DNA of 45,036 nt. Source: Minisyncoccia bacterium (GTDB taxonomy: Bacteria; Patescibacteriota; Minisyncoccia; Phycocordibacterales; Zambryskibacteraceae). The DNA is taken from contig JBBQUO010000003.1 in NCBI GenBank assembly GCA_038212375.1, forward strand, positions 1-45,036, in the 5' to 3' direction. Positions within the stretch are counted from its first letter, which is position 1; each line of letters starts with the position of its first letter. The notes below the pieces were generated by a model that searched no databases, was not told the origin of the DNA, and saw nothing but the letters and a program-made list of their open reading frames with translations. Positions 7,913 to 16,644 of the stretch are shown in pieces. The position numbers and the translations under genes were made by a program.

Positions 7913-9450
7913 TATTTGTCGTTTCTATGTTTTGGAGTAACCCAAAAACCCATATACTTCCCAAACATAAGTCTCGTTTGTGCATCAAGCCCCGGGATTG
8001 CACCGAAAATAGTAATGGTGAATGGAATCAATACCCACTGCAACACCATTGGGAAGTTCGCAAAAATCTTTTTGTTTTTCGGATGATCAGGAAGAAACGA
8101 AATAAAAATAGCTGCAGAAAGCACAAGACCAAGCATTGCCACAATCATAATATTTCTGGTAAACATTGGAAGATTGTACGAAAGAATTGTTTTATTAAAC
8201 CTACTTCCACCAAGAACGACAGGAAGCCATCCAAGAAGGAAAATCATGATCGGATTTGTAGCGAGTGACCAGAAACCTTCGATCTGCACAATCGATGTGC
8301 GAATTTTCGTCCATAGTGGAATAGACTTGTTCTTAATAAATCCAAACAGAAAATACGGAAGATTTTCAACCCCCCAAGCCCATCGACGATGCTGCTTGTA
8401 GATATTCACCGCAGTTTGGCGGAGTGTAGGAGCAAGGTTTGCATCCATTGATACAGGGTACGAAATGGGAACCACTGCGTAGTCGCCGTTGTGAGCCAAA
8501 AAGAGATTCCAAAATATTCGTGAATCTTCTGAGACCATATTTTTCTGCCAGTATCCAATTTCATATAATGCTTGGAAACTCACAGAATGAGAAGAAAATG
8601 TAGCGAGTTTCTCTGGACGTTCTTGTTGCATCATCTGCCAAAACGTACTCGATCCTGCGGCAACACGAGAAATTGCTGGCGCATTCCAGATATTATTATT
8701 GTAAAACGGCACAGGTTGAAACGATACTTTCATTGGATCTTTCGCGGTGAGAAAATACCAGGTCAAACAAAGAAAATATTGTGTATAGGCAACTGTATCG
8801 ACATCAAATGCAGATACGATTACCGTGTGGTAATCGAGATGCTGTGGATCAAGAATACGAAGCCGAGCCTGTTCTGCAGCATATGCAATGTTTGATCCCT
8901 TACCAGGCATCTCGCCTTCCAGGTGCGCAGGATGAGTGGTATGGATGATGGTTCCAAAGTCGTTACCATATTTTTTCAAGATATAGTTTGCCACTTCTTC
9001 ATTGTGTTTACCTACCGCACCTTCACCAGCTAGCACGAGTATCATCTTTCGCTTATCATACTGAGATGCACGGAGCGACTCCACACTTTGATCCACAATT
9101 TCAATACTTTCTTTATAAAAGGGCAAAATGATCATATGAGTTAGGTGGTCATATTTCATCCCAGATAACTTTTCAGCCCAATCTTCTGACAAATTATACT
9201 TGATACGTTTCCAGTTGTGGCGAAGATGGATTGAAAGGTAAATTGTTTTGAGGAGCCAAAACACATCAAATGCAATGATGAAGTATGCCGCAGCAACTGG
9301 TGCAAAAATAGATAACAAAATTGTTCCAAGAATAGTAACCCAAGACAAAAGCCCTGGCATGATTTCAAGTAGCCTATAGAGTACGCGGTCGTTTCCGCTC
9401 AGGTCGCTTGCACGACCTACCTTAAAGTAAGATGTATCCTGGTATCTCAT
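7912..9450 (-). CDS. membrane glycosyltransferase family 2 (processive synthase-like)
   Basis: ILPFYKE, GKGSN, DVD, SED and QHRRW (QxxRW) motifs with N- and C-terminal TM helices. Likely start MRYQ at 9450. Confidence 0.85.
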   Translation of the reverse strand: MRYQDTSYFKVGRASDLSGNDRVLYRLLEIMPGLLSWVTILGTILLSIFAPVAAAYFIIAFDVFWLLKTIYLSIHLRHNWKRIKYNLSEDWAEKLSGMKYDHLTHMIILPFYKESIEIVDQSVESLRASQYDKRKMILVLAGEGAVGKHNEEVANYILKKYGNDFGTIIHTTHPAHLEGEMPGKGSNIAYAAEQARLRILDPQHLDYHTVIVSAFDVDTVAYTQYFLCLTWYFLTAKDPMKVSFQPVPFYNNNIWNAPAISRVAAGSSTFWQMMQQERPEKLATFSSHSVSFQALYEIGYWQKNMVSEDSRIFWNLFLAHNGDYAVVPISYPVSMDANLAPTLRQTAVNIYKQHRRWAWGVENLPYFLFGFIKNKSIPLWTKIRTSIVQIEGFWSLATNPIMIFLLGWLPVVLGGSRFNKTILSYNLPMFTRNIMIVAMLGLVLSAAIFISFLPDHPKNKKIFANFPMVLQWVLIPFTITIFGAIPGLDAQTRLMFGKYMGFWVTPKHRNDK

Positions 9451-9526
9451 TGGTTTGTAGCCCTTTTTGAACCACCACTCTATCAAAATAAGGGCAATAA
9501 ATCCATCAGGTATTCAAGAGTGTTAT

Positions 9527-10528
9527 CTATTGAGAAAAGAGCCTTTTAGCTTCATCCCAATATTCGGAATGGTTCTGTTTTTTCATAAAGTACCACCACT
9601 CAACCCCCCAAAGATACTGAACATCAAATCCAGTCGTTTTTGCAAACGAAATTGTCTCTTTGAACTTGTGTATATCCATACGTTCAAGCTGAGTTTGGAG
9701 TGGCGCTTTCACAATAGGCTCAAGAAGCCAAGGCTCGAGTGAAAGCTCTATCAGTATATTCTTTTTTTGTCCTGCTATAAGTCCGAGGAAGTTGCTCTTG
9801 GCACGGTATACAGCTGGAGAATACACTGTCTTCACTTGGCCGATTGTGGGGTTCCACAAGTAGAGATAGATACTCGTGCCGAACACATCTCCTGTTCTCC
9901 ACGCTCCGTACCATGTACCAAGATTTCCACTGTCTGTCACCAAAATCTTTCTGTCTGGATCAAGGTTTTTTACGAGCGCAACTTCTTGCTTCAGGAATGA
10001 AGGATCGAGGTCCCCACACTGTTCATGAGCAAAGACAGAAAGATACGGCTCATTTTCAACCTGCCAATAGGTAATATTTGGATAGTCACGATATCTTTTT
10101 ACAACAGCCTCAATATAGGAGAGCACTTCAGCATTTCTATCGGCGACACTCCTTCCTTTGATCCAATCTGGATCATGACATTCCGGCCAACCTGGAAGCC
10201 TTCGGCCTACAGCCAGCACAACATGAGCATCACGCTTTTTTGCTTCTTGCATTTGAAAATCGAGTTCATCGAAATGGTACTCCCCCTGCTTTGGTTCGAT
10301 CATTGGCCAATGAGCAGAAAGACGGAAGTTTCGAACCTTTAGATCATCGAGTGTTGAGATAAACACGTCTTTCCACGAAAGTCCAAGCTCATCTGAATGA
10401 AATTTACTAAATGATACCCCGTAGGTAATATGCTCCGGAATTGTCTTTCTTGATAACAAAAAGAACGCCACAACAAAAAGAAGGAGGATGCTGAGAAACA
10501 CCTTTAAAATCTTTTTGAAATGAATCAT
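9527..10528 (-). CDS. membrane-anchored clan GH-A glycoside hydrolase (GH5/GH42-like)
   Basis: N-terminal TM/signal, RLSAHW..IEP..G.Y.F, WQVENEP (acid/base), IELSLEPW (probable nucleophile). Confidence 0.75.
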   Translation of the reverse strand: MIHFKKILKVFLSILLLFVVAFFLLSRKTIPEHITYGVSFSKFHSDELGLSWKDVFISTLDDLKVRNFRLSAHWPMIEPKQGEYHFDELDFQMQEAKKRDAHVVLAVGRRLPGWPECHDPDWIKGRSVADRNAEVLSYIEAVVKRYRDYPNITYWQVENEPYLSVFAHEQCGDLDPSFLKQEVALVKNLDPDRKILVTDSGNLGTWYGAWRTGDVFGTSIYLYLWNPTIGQVKTVYSPAVYRAKSNFLGLIAGQKKNILIELSLEPWLLEPIVKAPLQTQLERMDIHKFKETISFAKTTGFDVQYLWGVEWWYFMKKQNHSEYWDEAKRLFSQ

Positions 10529-11421
10529 AGGAAAAGTACAAAGAGTCCAGAGATAATAAACATCACTGCCAGAATCTTATGCGCAACATGTCCTGGTCGG
10601 AACTCATGTTCAAACTGAGCAACCATCTTGTGTCTCAGCAAATAAATAAAGAGGAAAATAAAGAGGAATTGTAGCGAGGCAAGAGAGTTAACGAGAGAGA
10701 CGTTACCGAGATGAATTGCATACAGAGTACTGAGAAAAGCGACTCCGCCCAGTATACGATTAAGCACAATAAGAAAGCTTGTTTTGTGCCCGATGGATTT
10801 TGAACTATGGAATACTACATCTCTGCATGGCTTCCATAGTAGGAGTGCGAGTGCTGAAATAACGTTTCCTATACGTGACCAGAAAAATCCATCAACAAAC
10901 GTTGTATGTTCGAACAACACTTTGAGAAGAATTGTCGATGCACCAAAAAGTATTCCTGAAAACACAATTGCAATAAATGATTTAGCATTAAATCTAAAAT
11001 GCCCAACAAGAAGCATGCCTACAATAAGTAAAACAAGAGCAATTGGGAAAGTTCGTGGTAACTGCTCGTGGAGTACGAGTGAGCTAAGAACAAACACCGA
11101 GATAGTTGAGATTGCGGAAAGCCACGGCACCACGTCGGTTGCGCTTGCAATTTTGAGTGAGCTATATAAAAGAATGATGGACACAATGAAGGTCGCCCCT
11201 ACTGCAAGTGACATCAGTGCAACAAAAAGTGTAGGCATGTGGATCACACCAAATGGAACGAGGATGATGACGATGCCCGAAACAAGCCCAACATAGAATG
11301 CATACGCACTTGGTCTGGTAATCACAGTAGAGGTAACAATATACTTGTCGATAAGCACAATCGCAGCGTTAAGTATCTGTGCAAAAACAACAAAAAGAAC
11401 CGAGAGGGTTAGAAATGTCAT
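10525..11421 (-). CDS. EamA/DMT family transporter
   Basis: About 10 TM helices in two repeats, LIDKY motif. Confidence 0.75.
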   Translation of the reverse strand: MTFLTLSVLFVVFAQILNAAIVLIDKYIVTSTVITRPSAYAFYVGLVSGIVIILVPFGVIHMPTLFVALMSLAVGATFIVSIILLYSSLKIASATDVVPWLSAISTISVFVLSSLVLHEQLPRTFPIALVLLIVGMLLVGHFRFNAKSFIAIVFSGILFGASTILLKVLFEHTTFVDGFFWSRIGNVISALALLLWKPCRDVVFHSSKSIGHKTSFLIVLNRILGGVAFLSTLYAIHLGNVSLVNSLASLQFLFIFLFIYLLRHKMVAQFEHEFRPGHVAHKILAVMFIISGLFVLFL

Positions 11422-11435
11422 AAAGTATTGTTACA

Positions 11436-12575
11436 TCATACCTCGTTTTTCAAAATAATCTCTGTGTATCTGTGGGCAGATGGTCGTATCGTTCTTTCGA
11501 GTGTGTTGTAGTCAATCGCAACGAGTCCGAATCTTTTTTCAAATCCGAGTGCCCATTCAAAATTATCAAAAAGAGACCAGTAAAAATATCCTCGTATGTT
11601 CACTCCACTTTCTATTGCTCGTAGGAGACTCTGAAGATAGGTAGCAATGTATTCTCCCCTTTTATCATCAGTAGAGTCTGCAATACCATTTTCTGTTACG
11701 TAGACAGGGAGGTTATATCGTTTGAGTTCAAAAAGAACGGAATAAAAAGCTTCCGGGAATATATCCCATCCCATCTCAGTTTGCACATAAGAAGTGCCGG
11801 TGCCAAATCTTTTGTGAATATAAAAGTTGAGTCCAATAAAATCTTGGTGTCCTGAAATTTTCTTCAAGAACCGATGATTCCAAAACCATCGCATAATCCT
11901 TGCAGAAATAATATTCCAAGGGAATGCATCGGCATCAAAGTACATATTGTGTTTTGCGATCCCAATCTGAATTTCTGGGTGACTACGCTTCATACATGTG
12001 TAGGCAAGATTGTGTGCATTTGCAAGTTTAGAAATTACGCCAATGAATTTCAAAAGATTCTTGTGAAACGGAGGCCAGACACCGCGAAGATGACCTCCTG
12101 ATGCCCAAATCAGTGGCTCGTTCATAGTCATCCAATACGTAGCCTCACTGCCGAGCTCAATGATTACAAACTCACAGTAGCGTGCAAATACCTTTTCTCC
12201 ATCGGGATGCGAAAATCCACCTTTTTCAGAAAACCAAAGAGGTAGTGTGAAATGCCACAAAGTAACAAATGGCACCAACCCACGATCCTTCAGTGCACGA
12301 ATTACATTTCGATAGTGTTCGATTGCCATCTGATCAAATTTTCCCTCTTCTGGCTCGATTCTAGCCCATTCAAGCGAGAATCTATGTGCTGAATGAGATA
12401 AACTCTGAGCAATATCAAAGTCACCTTCAAATCGATTATAGTGGTCGATAGCTTTTCCTGCTTGTGGGACTCTCCCTTGCCCACCAGCCTGTGCCCAATC
12501 GCAATTATCTATTCCACCTTCTACTTGATAGGAAGCAGTTGCAGCACCCCATAGAAAACCTTCAGGAAATTTCAT
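11436..12575 (-). CDS. glycoside hydrolase family 1 (beta-glucosidase-like)
   Basis: FPEGFLWGAATASYQVEG, TMNEP, VTENG, WSLFDNFEW. Confidence 0.93.
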   Translation of the reverse strand: MKFPEGFLWGAATASYQVEGGIDNCDWAQAGGQGRVPQAGKAIDHYNRFEGDFDIAQSLSHSAHRFSLEWARIEPEEGKFDQMAIEHYRNVIRALKDRGLVPFVTLWHFTLPLWFSEKGGFSHPDGEKVFARYCEFVIIELGSEATYWMTMNEPLIWASGGHLRGVWPPFHKNLLKFIGVISKLANAHNLAYTCMKRSHPEIQIGIAKHNMYFDADAFPWNIISARIMRWFWNHRFLKKISGHQDFIGLNFYIHKRFGTGTSYVQTEMGWDIFPEAFYSVLFELKRYNLPVYVTENGIADSTDDKRGEYIATYLQSLLRAIESGVNIRGYFYWSLFDNFEWALGFEKRFGLVAIDYNTLERTIRPSAHRYTEIILKNEV

Positions 12576-12650
12576 ACAAATAGTATAGCAGGAAGAGACT
12601 TGTTTACTTACAGGTACTTTTCAGTCGTTCAACTTTGCTGAGTCTCAATA

Positions 12651-12683
12651 TAAAAACCCTCTTTTTTGAAAAGAGGGTTTTTA
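12651..12683 (-). terminator. intrinsic terminator after tRNA-Thr
   Basis: TAAAAACCCTCTTTT-ttg-AAAAGAGGGTTTTTA inverted repeat. Confidence 0.75.
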
Positions 12684-12690
12684 TGTTTTG

Positions 12691-12763
12691 AGCCACCTGT
12701 CAGATTCGAACTGACGACCCATACTTTACAAAAGTATTGCTCTACCAACTGAGCTAAGGTGGC
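12691..12763 (-). tRNA. tRNA-Thr(UGU), CCA not encoded
   Basis: Minus strand GCCACCT/AGGTGGC acceptor stem, anticodon loop TT-TGT-AA, T-loop TTCGAAT. Confidence 0.96.
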
Positions 12764-12833
12764 ACGCGCAGGAATCTACTATCTAAAATTCCAATCAATA
12801 CAACTTACAACAGTCGGGACAATAATGCAAAAA

Positions 12834-13265
12834 TTAATTCTTCTTACCTCCTACCAATTCACCTTCGTAGAGCGTTATGTTGTCTTCGATCCAGCCTTTT
12901 CCGTCCTTTACTCTTTCCGCGCTAATCGTTTGGAGGAATTCAGATGCGTCTCGGTCTGTTCTCAGCATTCTTACTCCTCGTACGTTTGGAAAGACTGAGT
13001 GATACTTTTTCCATACTGCTTCAACAAAAATATCAATGGCTTGCTTTGAGTGATGAGGCAAGTCTTCTCGTGCAAATCTCGTAGCTCTATGACGCTTTTT
13101 TTGGTATACCTCGTGTATCACCTCGATCTTTCGTTCGACATGATCATCGAACCTTGATAGGAGTTTGAGAGCTAGAACTCTTTCATCTCTCCCAATCTCA
13201 TACATTTTTACTCCAAGAAGTATACCTAGCATACACAAGGAAACAATAAATGTAATGGTGAGCAT
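12834..13265 (-). CDS. hypothetical protein with N-terminal TM helix
   Basis: MLTITFIVSLCMLGILLGVK start at 13265 avoids overlap with tsf. Confidence 0.65.
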   Translation of the reverse strand: MLTITFIVSLCMLGILLGVKMYEIGRDERVLALKLLSRFDDHVERKIEVIHEVYQKKRHRATRFAREDLPHHSKQAIDIFVEAVWKKYHSVFPNVRGVRMLRTDRDASEFLQTISAERVKDGKGWIEDNITLYEGELVGGKKN

Positions 13266-13275
13266 TGAAAAAAAA

Positions 13276-13869
13276 TTAAGAGTTTGTCGAGAACCGCACA
13301 AATCTACGAATCTCTGTTCTTTCACCGAACTTTTGAATCGCACCACTTATGAGATCTTTAATTTTCTTCTCAGGATCTTTGATGAACTGTTGTTCCATAA
13401 GGGTTTGCTCACCGAAGTATGATGCGAGCTTTCCTTCAAGGATTTTTGCTTTCAGTTCTTCCGGCTTCCCCGCTGTTTCTTCTACGAACACCTCTTCTGC
13501 AGCGCGTTTTGCATCTGAAGTAATGTCTTCCATCTTCAAAAACTGAGGGTTACTTGCAGCAACATGCATCGCAATGTCATACGCGAGCGCTTTGAATTCA
13601 TCATTTTTTGCTACGAAATCAGTCTCACAAGAAAGTTCTACAATGGCACCTACCGATCCTGCTCCATGGATATAAGAAGCTACTACACCTGCTCCGAGAG
13701 TGCGGTCAGACTTTTTTGTAGCAACGTTCTTACTCTCTTTTTGCAAGATAACAATTGCCTTTTCAATATCACCACCAGCTTCTTCAAGTGCTTTTTTGCA
13801 CTGCATAATAGAAAGACCAGTTTGGTCGCGGAGCTGTTTGATAAGTTCTGTAGAAATAGGTGAAGACAT
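13276..13869 (-). CDS. tsf: translation elongation factor Ts (short form)
   Basis: LIKQLRDQTGLSIMQCKKAL, CETDFVAK; directly downstream of rpsB. Confidence 0.95.
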   Translation of the reverse strand: MSSPISTELIKQLRDQTGLSIMQCKKALEEAGGDIEKAIVILQKESKNVATKKSDRTLGAGVVASYIHGAGSVGAIVELSCETDFVAKNDEFKALAYDIAMHVAASNPQFLKMEDITSDAKRAAEEVFVEETAGKPEELKAKILEGKLASYFGEQTLMEQQFIKDPEKKIKDLISGAIQKFGERTEIRRFVRFSTNS

Positions 13870-13919
13870 TGTGAGTATCAATTAACAATAAATAAAACCA
13901 CACTTTCCTCTACTAAAAA

Positions 13920-14663
13920 CTATCCTTGTGCAGGAGCTGGTACGACTGCAGCAAGTGCTGCCTTCTTTCCATCTTCAACAGCTGACACAATTTCGTTTAC
14001 AAAAAGCTCAATACTTTTTAGTGACGCATCATTTCCTGGAATCGGGTGCTCTACCTCAAGGAGGTTACAATCTGAGCTTGCAAGTGCTACAACAGGAATA
14101 TTGAGGTTATGAGCTTCTGCTACTGCAATTGCTTCTTTGCGAGGGTCAATAACGAAAAGTACCTTTGGAAGTATACGCATTGGAGAAAGTCCTGAGAAAT
14201 CACGATTGAGTTTTTCAATTTCACGATCAATAAGAAGGCGCTCTTTCTTTGTGTACTTACCAAGCTCACCTTTTTCACGAGCATTTGTAAGATCTTCTAG
14301 CTTTGCGATGCGTTTCTTAATTTCTGGGAAGTTTGTAAGAGTGCCTCCGAGCCATCGTCCTGCAACATATGGCTGACCGACTTTCTGAGCACCTGAGAGA
14401 ATAGATGATCGAGCTTCATTTTTACCACCAACAAAGAGAACCATTCCCCCTGTTGAAACAATAGATTTAATGAAAGTTTTTGCCTCTTCAAGTTTCTCAT
14501 TGGTCTTTTCAAGGTCGAAAATTTCTACCTTATTTTTTACTCCGAAAATGTATGGCTTGGTAGAAGGGTGTCTACGAGATTTGATCAAACCATAATGAGC
14601 CCCTGCTTTAAAAAGGGCTTCAATCGCGGTATTCATGTCAGTTGTTTTTTCTTTTGTTGGCAT
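13920..14663 (-). CDS. rpsB: 30S ribosomal protein S2
   Basis: LFKAGAHYG, RWLGGTLTNF, PIPGND. Confidence 0.97.
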   Translation of the reverse strand: MPTKEKTTDMNTAIEALFKAGAHYGLIKSRRHPSTKPYIFGVKNKVEIFDLEKTNEKLEEAKTFIKSIVSTGGMVLFVGGKNEARSSILSGAQKVGQPYVAGRWLGGTLTNFPEIKKRIAKLEDLTNAREKGELGKYTKKERLLIDREIEKLNRDFSGLSPMRILPKVLFVIDPRKEAIAVAEAHNLNIPVVALASSDCNLLEVEHPIPGNDASLKSIELFVNEIVSAVEDGKKAALAAVVPAPAQG

Positions 14664-14733
14664 TAAATTGTATATAGTTGTCTTCAAAAACACGTGTGGG
14701 AATCTTATCAGAAGAATACCGAGAAGGCAACCC

Positions 14734-15714
14734 TTACTCCAGCTCTACCTCTCCTGCTCCTTCATGAGATTTGCTCTTTAGAGCGTCGATAATGTCATCG
14801 AGTTTTCCCGCAAAAATAGTTGGGATATTGTGCCAAGACTCCTTAATACGGTGATCAGTGATCCGATCCTGAAGGATATTATAGGTGCGAATCTTCTCAG
14901 AACGGTCTGCGGTACCGATCTGATCATTGCGGTTATCAGAAAACTTCTTATGCTCCTCTTCTTCTTTCAACATTTGAAGCTTTGCGGTAAGAATCTCCAT
15001 AGCTTTTTCTTTATTCGCTCCTTGGCTCCGCTGATTTGTTGAGCGCACATCAAGGCCTGTCGGTATGTGCACTACTCTTACCGCTGTTTCAACTTTATTT
15101 ACGTTTTGACCTCCCTTACCCCCCGAGCGTGACGTTTCGATAAGAATGTCACTTGGATTGATTTCAAACTTTACCTTTTTACGGATTGGTAAAATTGCAA
15201 CTGAAGCAGTAGAAGTGTGAACGCGACCAGATTTCTCAGTTGCAGGAATACGCTGAATGCGGTGTACACCCGTCTCATATTTGAGAGCTTCGTATACACC
15301 TTTACCACGTATTTCGTAGGAAACATCCTTATATCCTCCGAGAGAACTTTGAGATTCATCAACGAGTGATACTGCCCAATTGCGAGTTTCAGCATACCGC
15401 TGATACATCTCAGAAAGCTTCTCTGCGAAGAGTGCGGCTTCTTCTCCTCCAACACCAGCTCTGATTTCAAGGACGACTTCATTGACCTCTGTCTGGAGAG
15501 AATCTTTTTCTTCTGCTGCAATAATCTCTTCCATTTGAGCAAGTAGGGCATCTTTTTGAATAGTGATATTTTTCAAATCTTCTTCTGCCATTTCTTTCAT
15601 ACTAGCGTCACTTTCTGAAAGCGCATGAAGACTCGCCTCTTCTTTTTCGAGACGTTGGAATGATTCTGCAAGATATGCAGTTTTATGATTTTCTTTGTAT
15701 CGAGTTAAATCCAT
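14734..15714 (-). CDS. prfA: peptide chain release factor 1
   Basis: EIRAGVGGEEA, PAT (PxT) specificity motif, GGQ, RSEKIRTYN. Confidence 0.95.
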   Translation of the reverse strand: MDLTRYKENHKTAYLAESFQRLEKEEASLHALSESDASMKEMAEEDLKNITIQKDALLAQMEEIIAAEEKDSLQTEVNEVVLEIRAGVGGEEAALFAEKLSEMYQRYAETRNWAVSLVDESQSSLGGYKDVSYEIRGKGVYEALKYETGVHRIQRIPATEKSGRVHTSTASVAILPIRKKVKFEINPSDILIETSRSGGKGGQNVNKVETAVRVVHIPTGLDVRSTNQRSQGANKEKAMEILTAKLQMLKEEEEHKKFSDNRNDQIGTADRSEKIRTYNILQDRITDHRIKESWHNIPTIFAGKLDDIIDALKSKSHEGAGEVELE

Positions 15715-15777
15715 AATAGATACTGCCTAACAACCTATAACCTACAACGAGAAAGGTACAAATTCAACGAATAACAA

Positions 15778-15810
15778 ACGACCTACATCAGAACATCTGT
15801 TGTAGGTCGT
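15778..15810 (-). terminator. hairpin downstream of rpmE
   Basis: ACGACCTACA...TGTAGGTCGT inverted repeat followed by a T-rich tract on the minus strand. Confidence 0.55.
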
Positions 15811-15827
15811 GTATTGCAGGTAGTAAG

Positions 15828-16046
15828 TTATTTCTTTGCTTTCGTCGCGTTCGCTCTCTTTGATTTGAACTTTTCTACGCGTCCTGCGGTATCGAGAACC
15901 TTGTCATTACCAGTATAAAACGGGTGACATGCTGAACAGATTTCTACTTCGATTTTCTCTTTCGTAGATCCTACGGTAAATGTATTACCACACGCACAGG
16001 TAAGGGTTGCGTTTGAAAAATATGTTGGGTGAATTTCTGCTTTCAT
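15828..16046 (-). CDS. rpmE: 50S ribosomal protein L31 (Zn-binding type)
   Basis: MKAEIHPTY...CACG...[12 protein letters not shown]...DTAGRVEKF. True start is 16046, not 16283. Confidence 0.95.
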   Translation of the reverse strand: MKAEIHPTYFSNATLTCACGNTFTVGSTKEKIEVEICSACHPFYTGNDKVLDTAGRVEKFKSKRANATKAKK

Positions 16047-16055
16047 AGTGGCAAT

Positions 16056-16083
16056 ACTATACCAAAGAGTGTAATTTTTGCAA
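16056..16083 (-). promoter_or_regulatory. rpmE promoter TTGCAA-N16-TATAGT (extended -10 TGnTATAGT)
   Basis: Motifs read directly; -10 lies 9 nt before the ATG. Confidence 0.55.
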
Positions 16084-16093
16084 GATAGGCAAC

Positions 16094-16119
16094 AAAAAAG
16101 CCCAACCAAAGGTTGAGCT
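16094..16119 (-). terminator. intrinsic terminator of the candidate ncRNA
   Basis: Minus strand AGCTCAACC-ttt-GGTTGGGCT followed by a T run. Confidence 0.75.
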
Positions 16120-16500
16120 GAACTCCAGAGGAGCAAGTAGCCGAAGCTACTGAAAGAACTACTCCCCTCCCGCCGCCGGACTCGGGCCGACGACGAGAGG
16201 GGCACAACCGTGTACCAGCACTTCATCTCTAACAGCGAACAACACCTACTCCGGTGACCTGATGGTCCCGGACCCGCCGCCACTTTCGTGAGAAAACTTT
16301 AACGATAGCGGAGCGAGTAAGTCGCGATACATAGACCGCGTGATCTCCCACCTTTACCAACACAGTTGGCGATCGATGAGAGTACTGCAAGAAAATGACA
16401 ACTCCCTGTTTATACTACTTCAGGACCGGGAAACGTCCGTTTTCATGATCTCCAAGCCACCGAAGTAGCCGGACCAACCTCTCCCAATGGAGTAGATAGG
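16094..16500 (-). ncRNA. candidate large structured non-coding RNA (about 400 nt), family not recognised
   Basis: Own promoter and terminator, pairing 5'/3' ends, two cUUCGg hairpins, a GAAA-capped stem, and a 16-bp stem whose mismatches are all G-U on the minus strand. No credible CDS. Confidence 0.7.
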
Positions 16501-16507
16501 TATCTAT

Positions 16508-16535
16508 ACTATACACCTAATGAAATATTTGTCAA
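16508..16535 (-). promoter_or_regulatory. sigma70-type promoter TTGACA-N16-TATAGT driving the candidate ncRNA
   Basis: tgtcaa at 16530-16535 and actata at 16508-16513 on the plus strand; same architecture as the 596-623 promoter. Confidence 0.65.
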
Positions 16536-16562
16536 GTAAATTCCTTATTTTCTTATCTTACA

Positions 16563-16596
16563 TCCAAAAAACAGCTCGGTTGAGCTGTTTTTTGGA
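16563..16596 (-). terminator. intrinsic terminator after lytic transglycosylase gene
   Basis: TCCAAAAAACAGCTC-ggtt-GAGCTGTTTTTTGGA. Confidence 0.8.
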
Positions 16597-16604
16597 GTTT
16601 GAAT

Positions 16605-16639
16605 TCTAAGTTAAAAGCTATCAACTAACACCTCTAACC
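16605..16639. repeat. degenerate heptamer tandem repeat (5 units)
   Basis: TCTAAGT TAAAAGC TATCAAC TAACACC TCTAACC. Confidence 0.6.
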
Positions 16640-16644
16640 TGCCT

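Noticed and set aside
16047-16283. 79-aa N-terminal extension of L31 in the ORF track
   Set aside because: Crosses a terminator and the rpmE promoter. L31 homology starts at Met 16046 and the extension overlaps the structured RNA.
16420-16446. Micro-ORF MKTDVSRS with upstream GGAG inside the candidate ncRNA
   Set aside because: SD-ATG spacing is only 3 nt, it is 8 codons long and has no tmRNA-tag-like ending; cannot be supported
16094-16500. Assignment of the structured RNA as RNase P RNA, tmRNA, SRP RNA, 6S or an intron
   Set aside because: Only a weak GAGG-uug-GUCCGG resemblance to the RNase P P4 motif, at the wrong position. No tRNA-like ends, SRP loop or domain V seen by eye.
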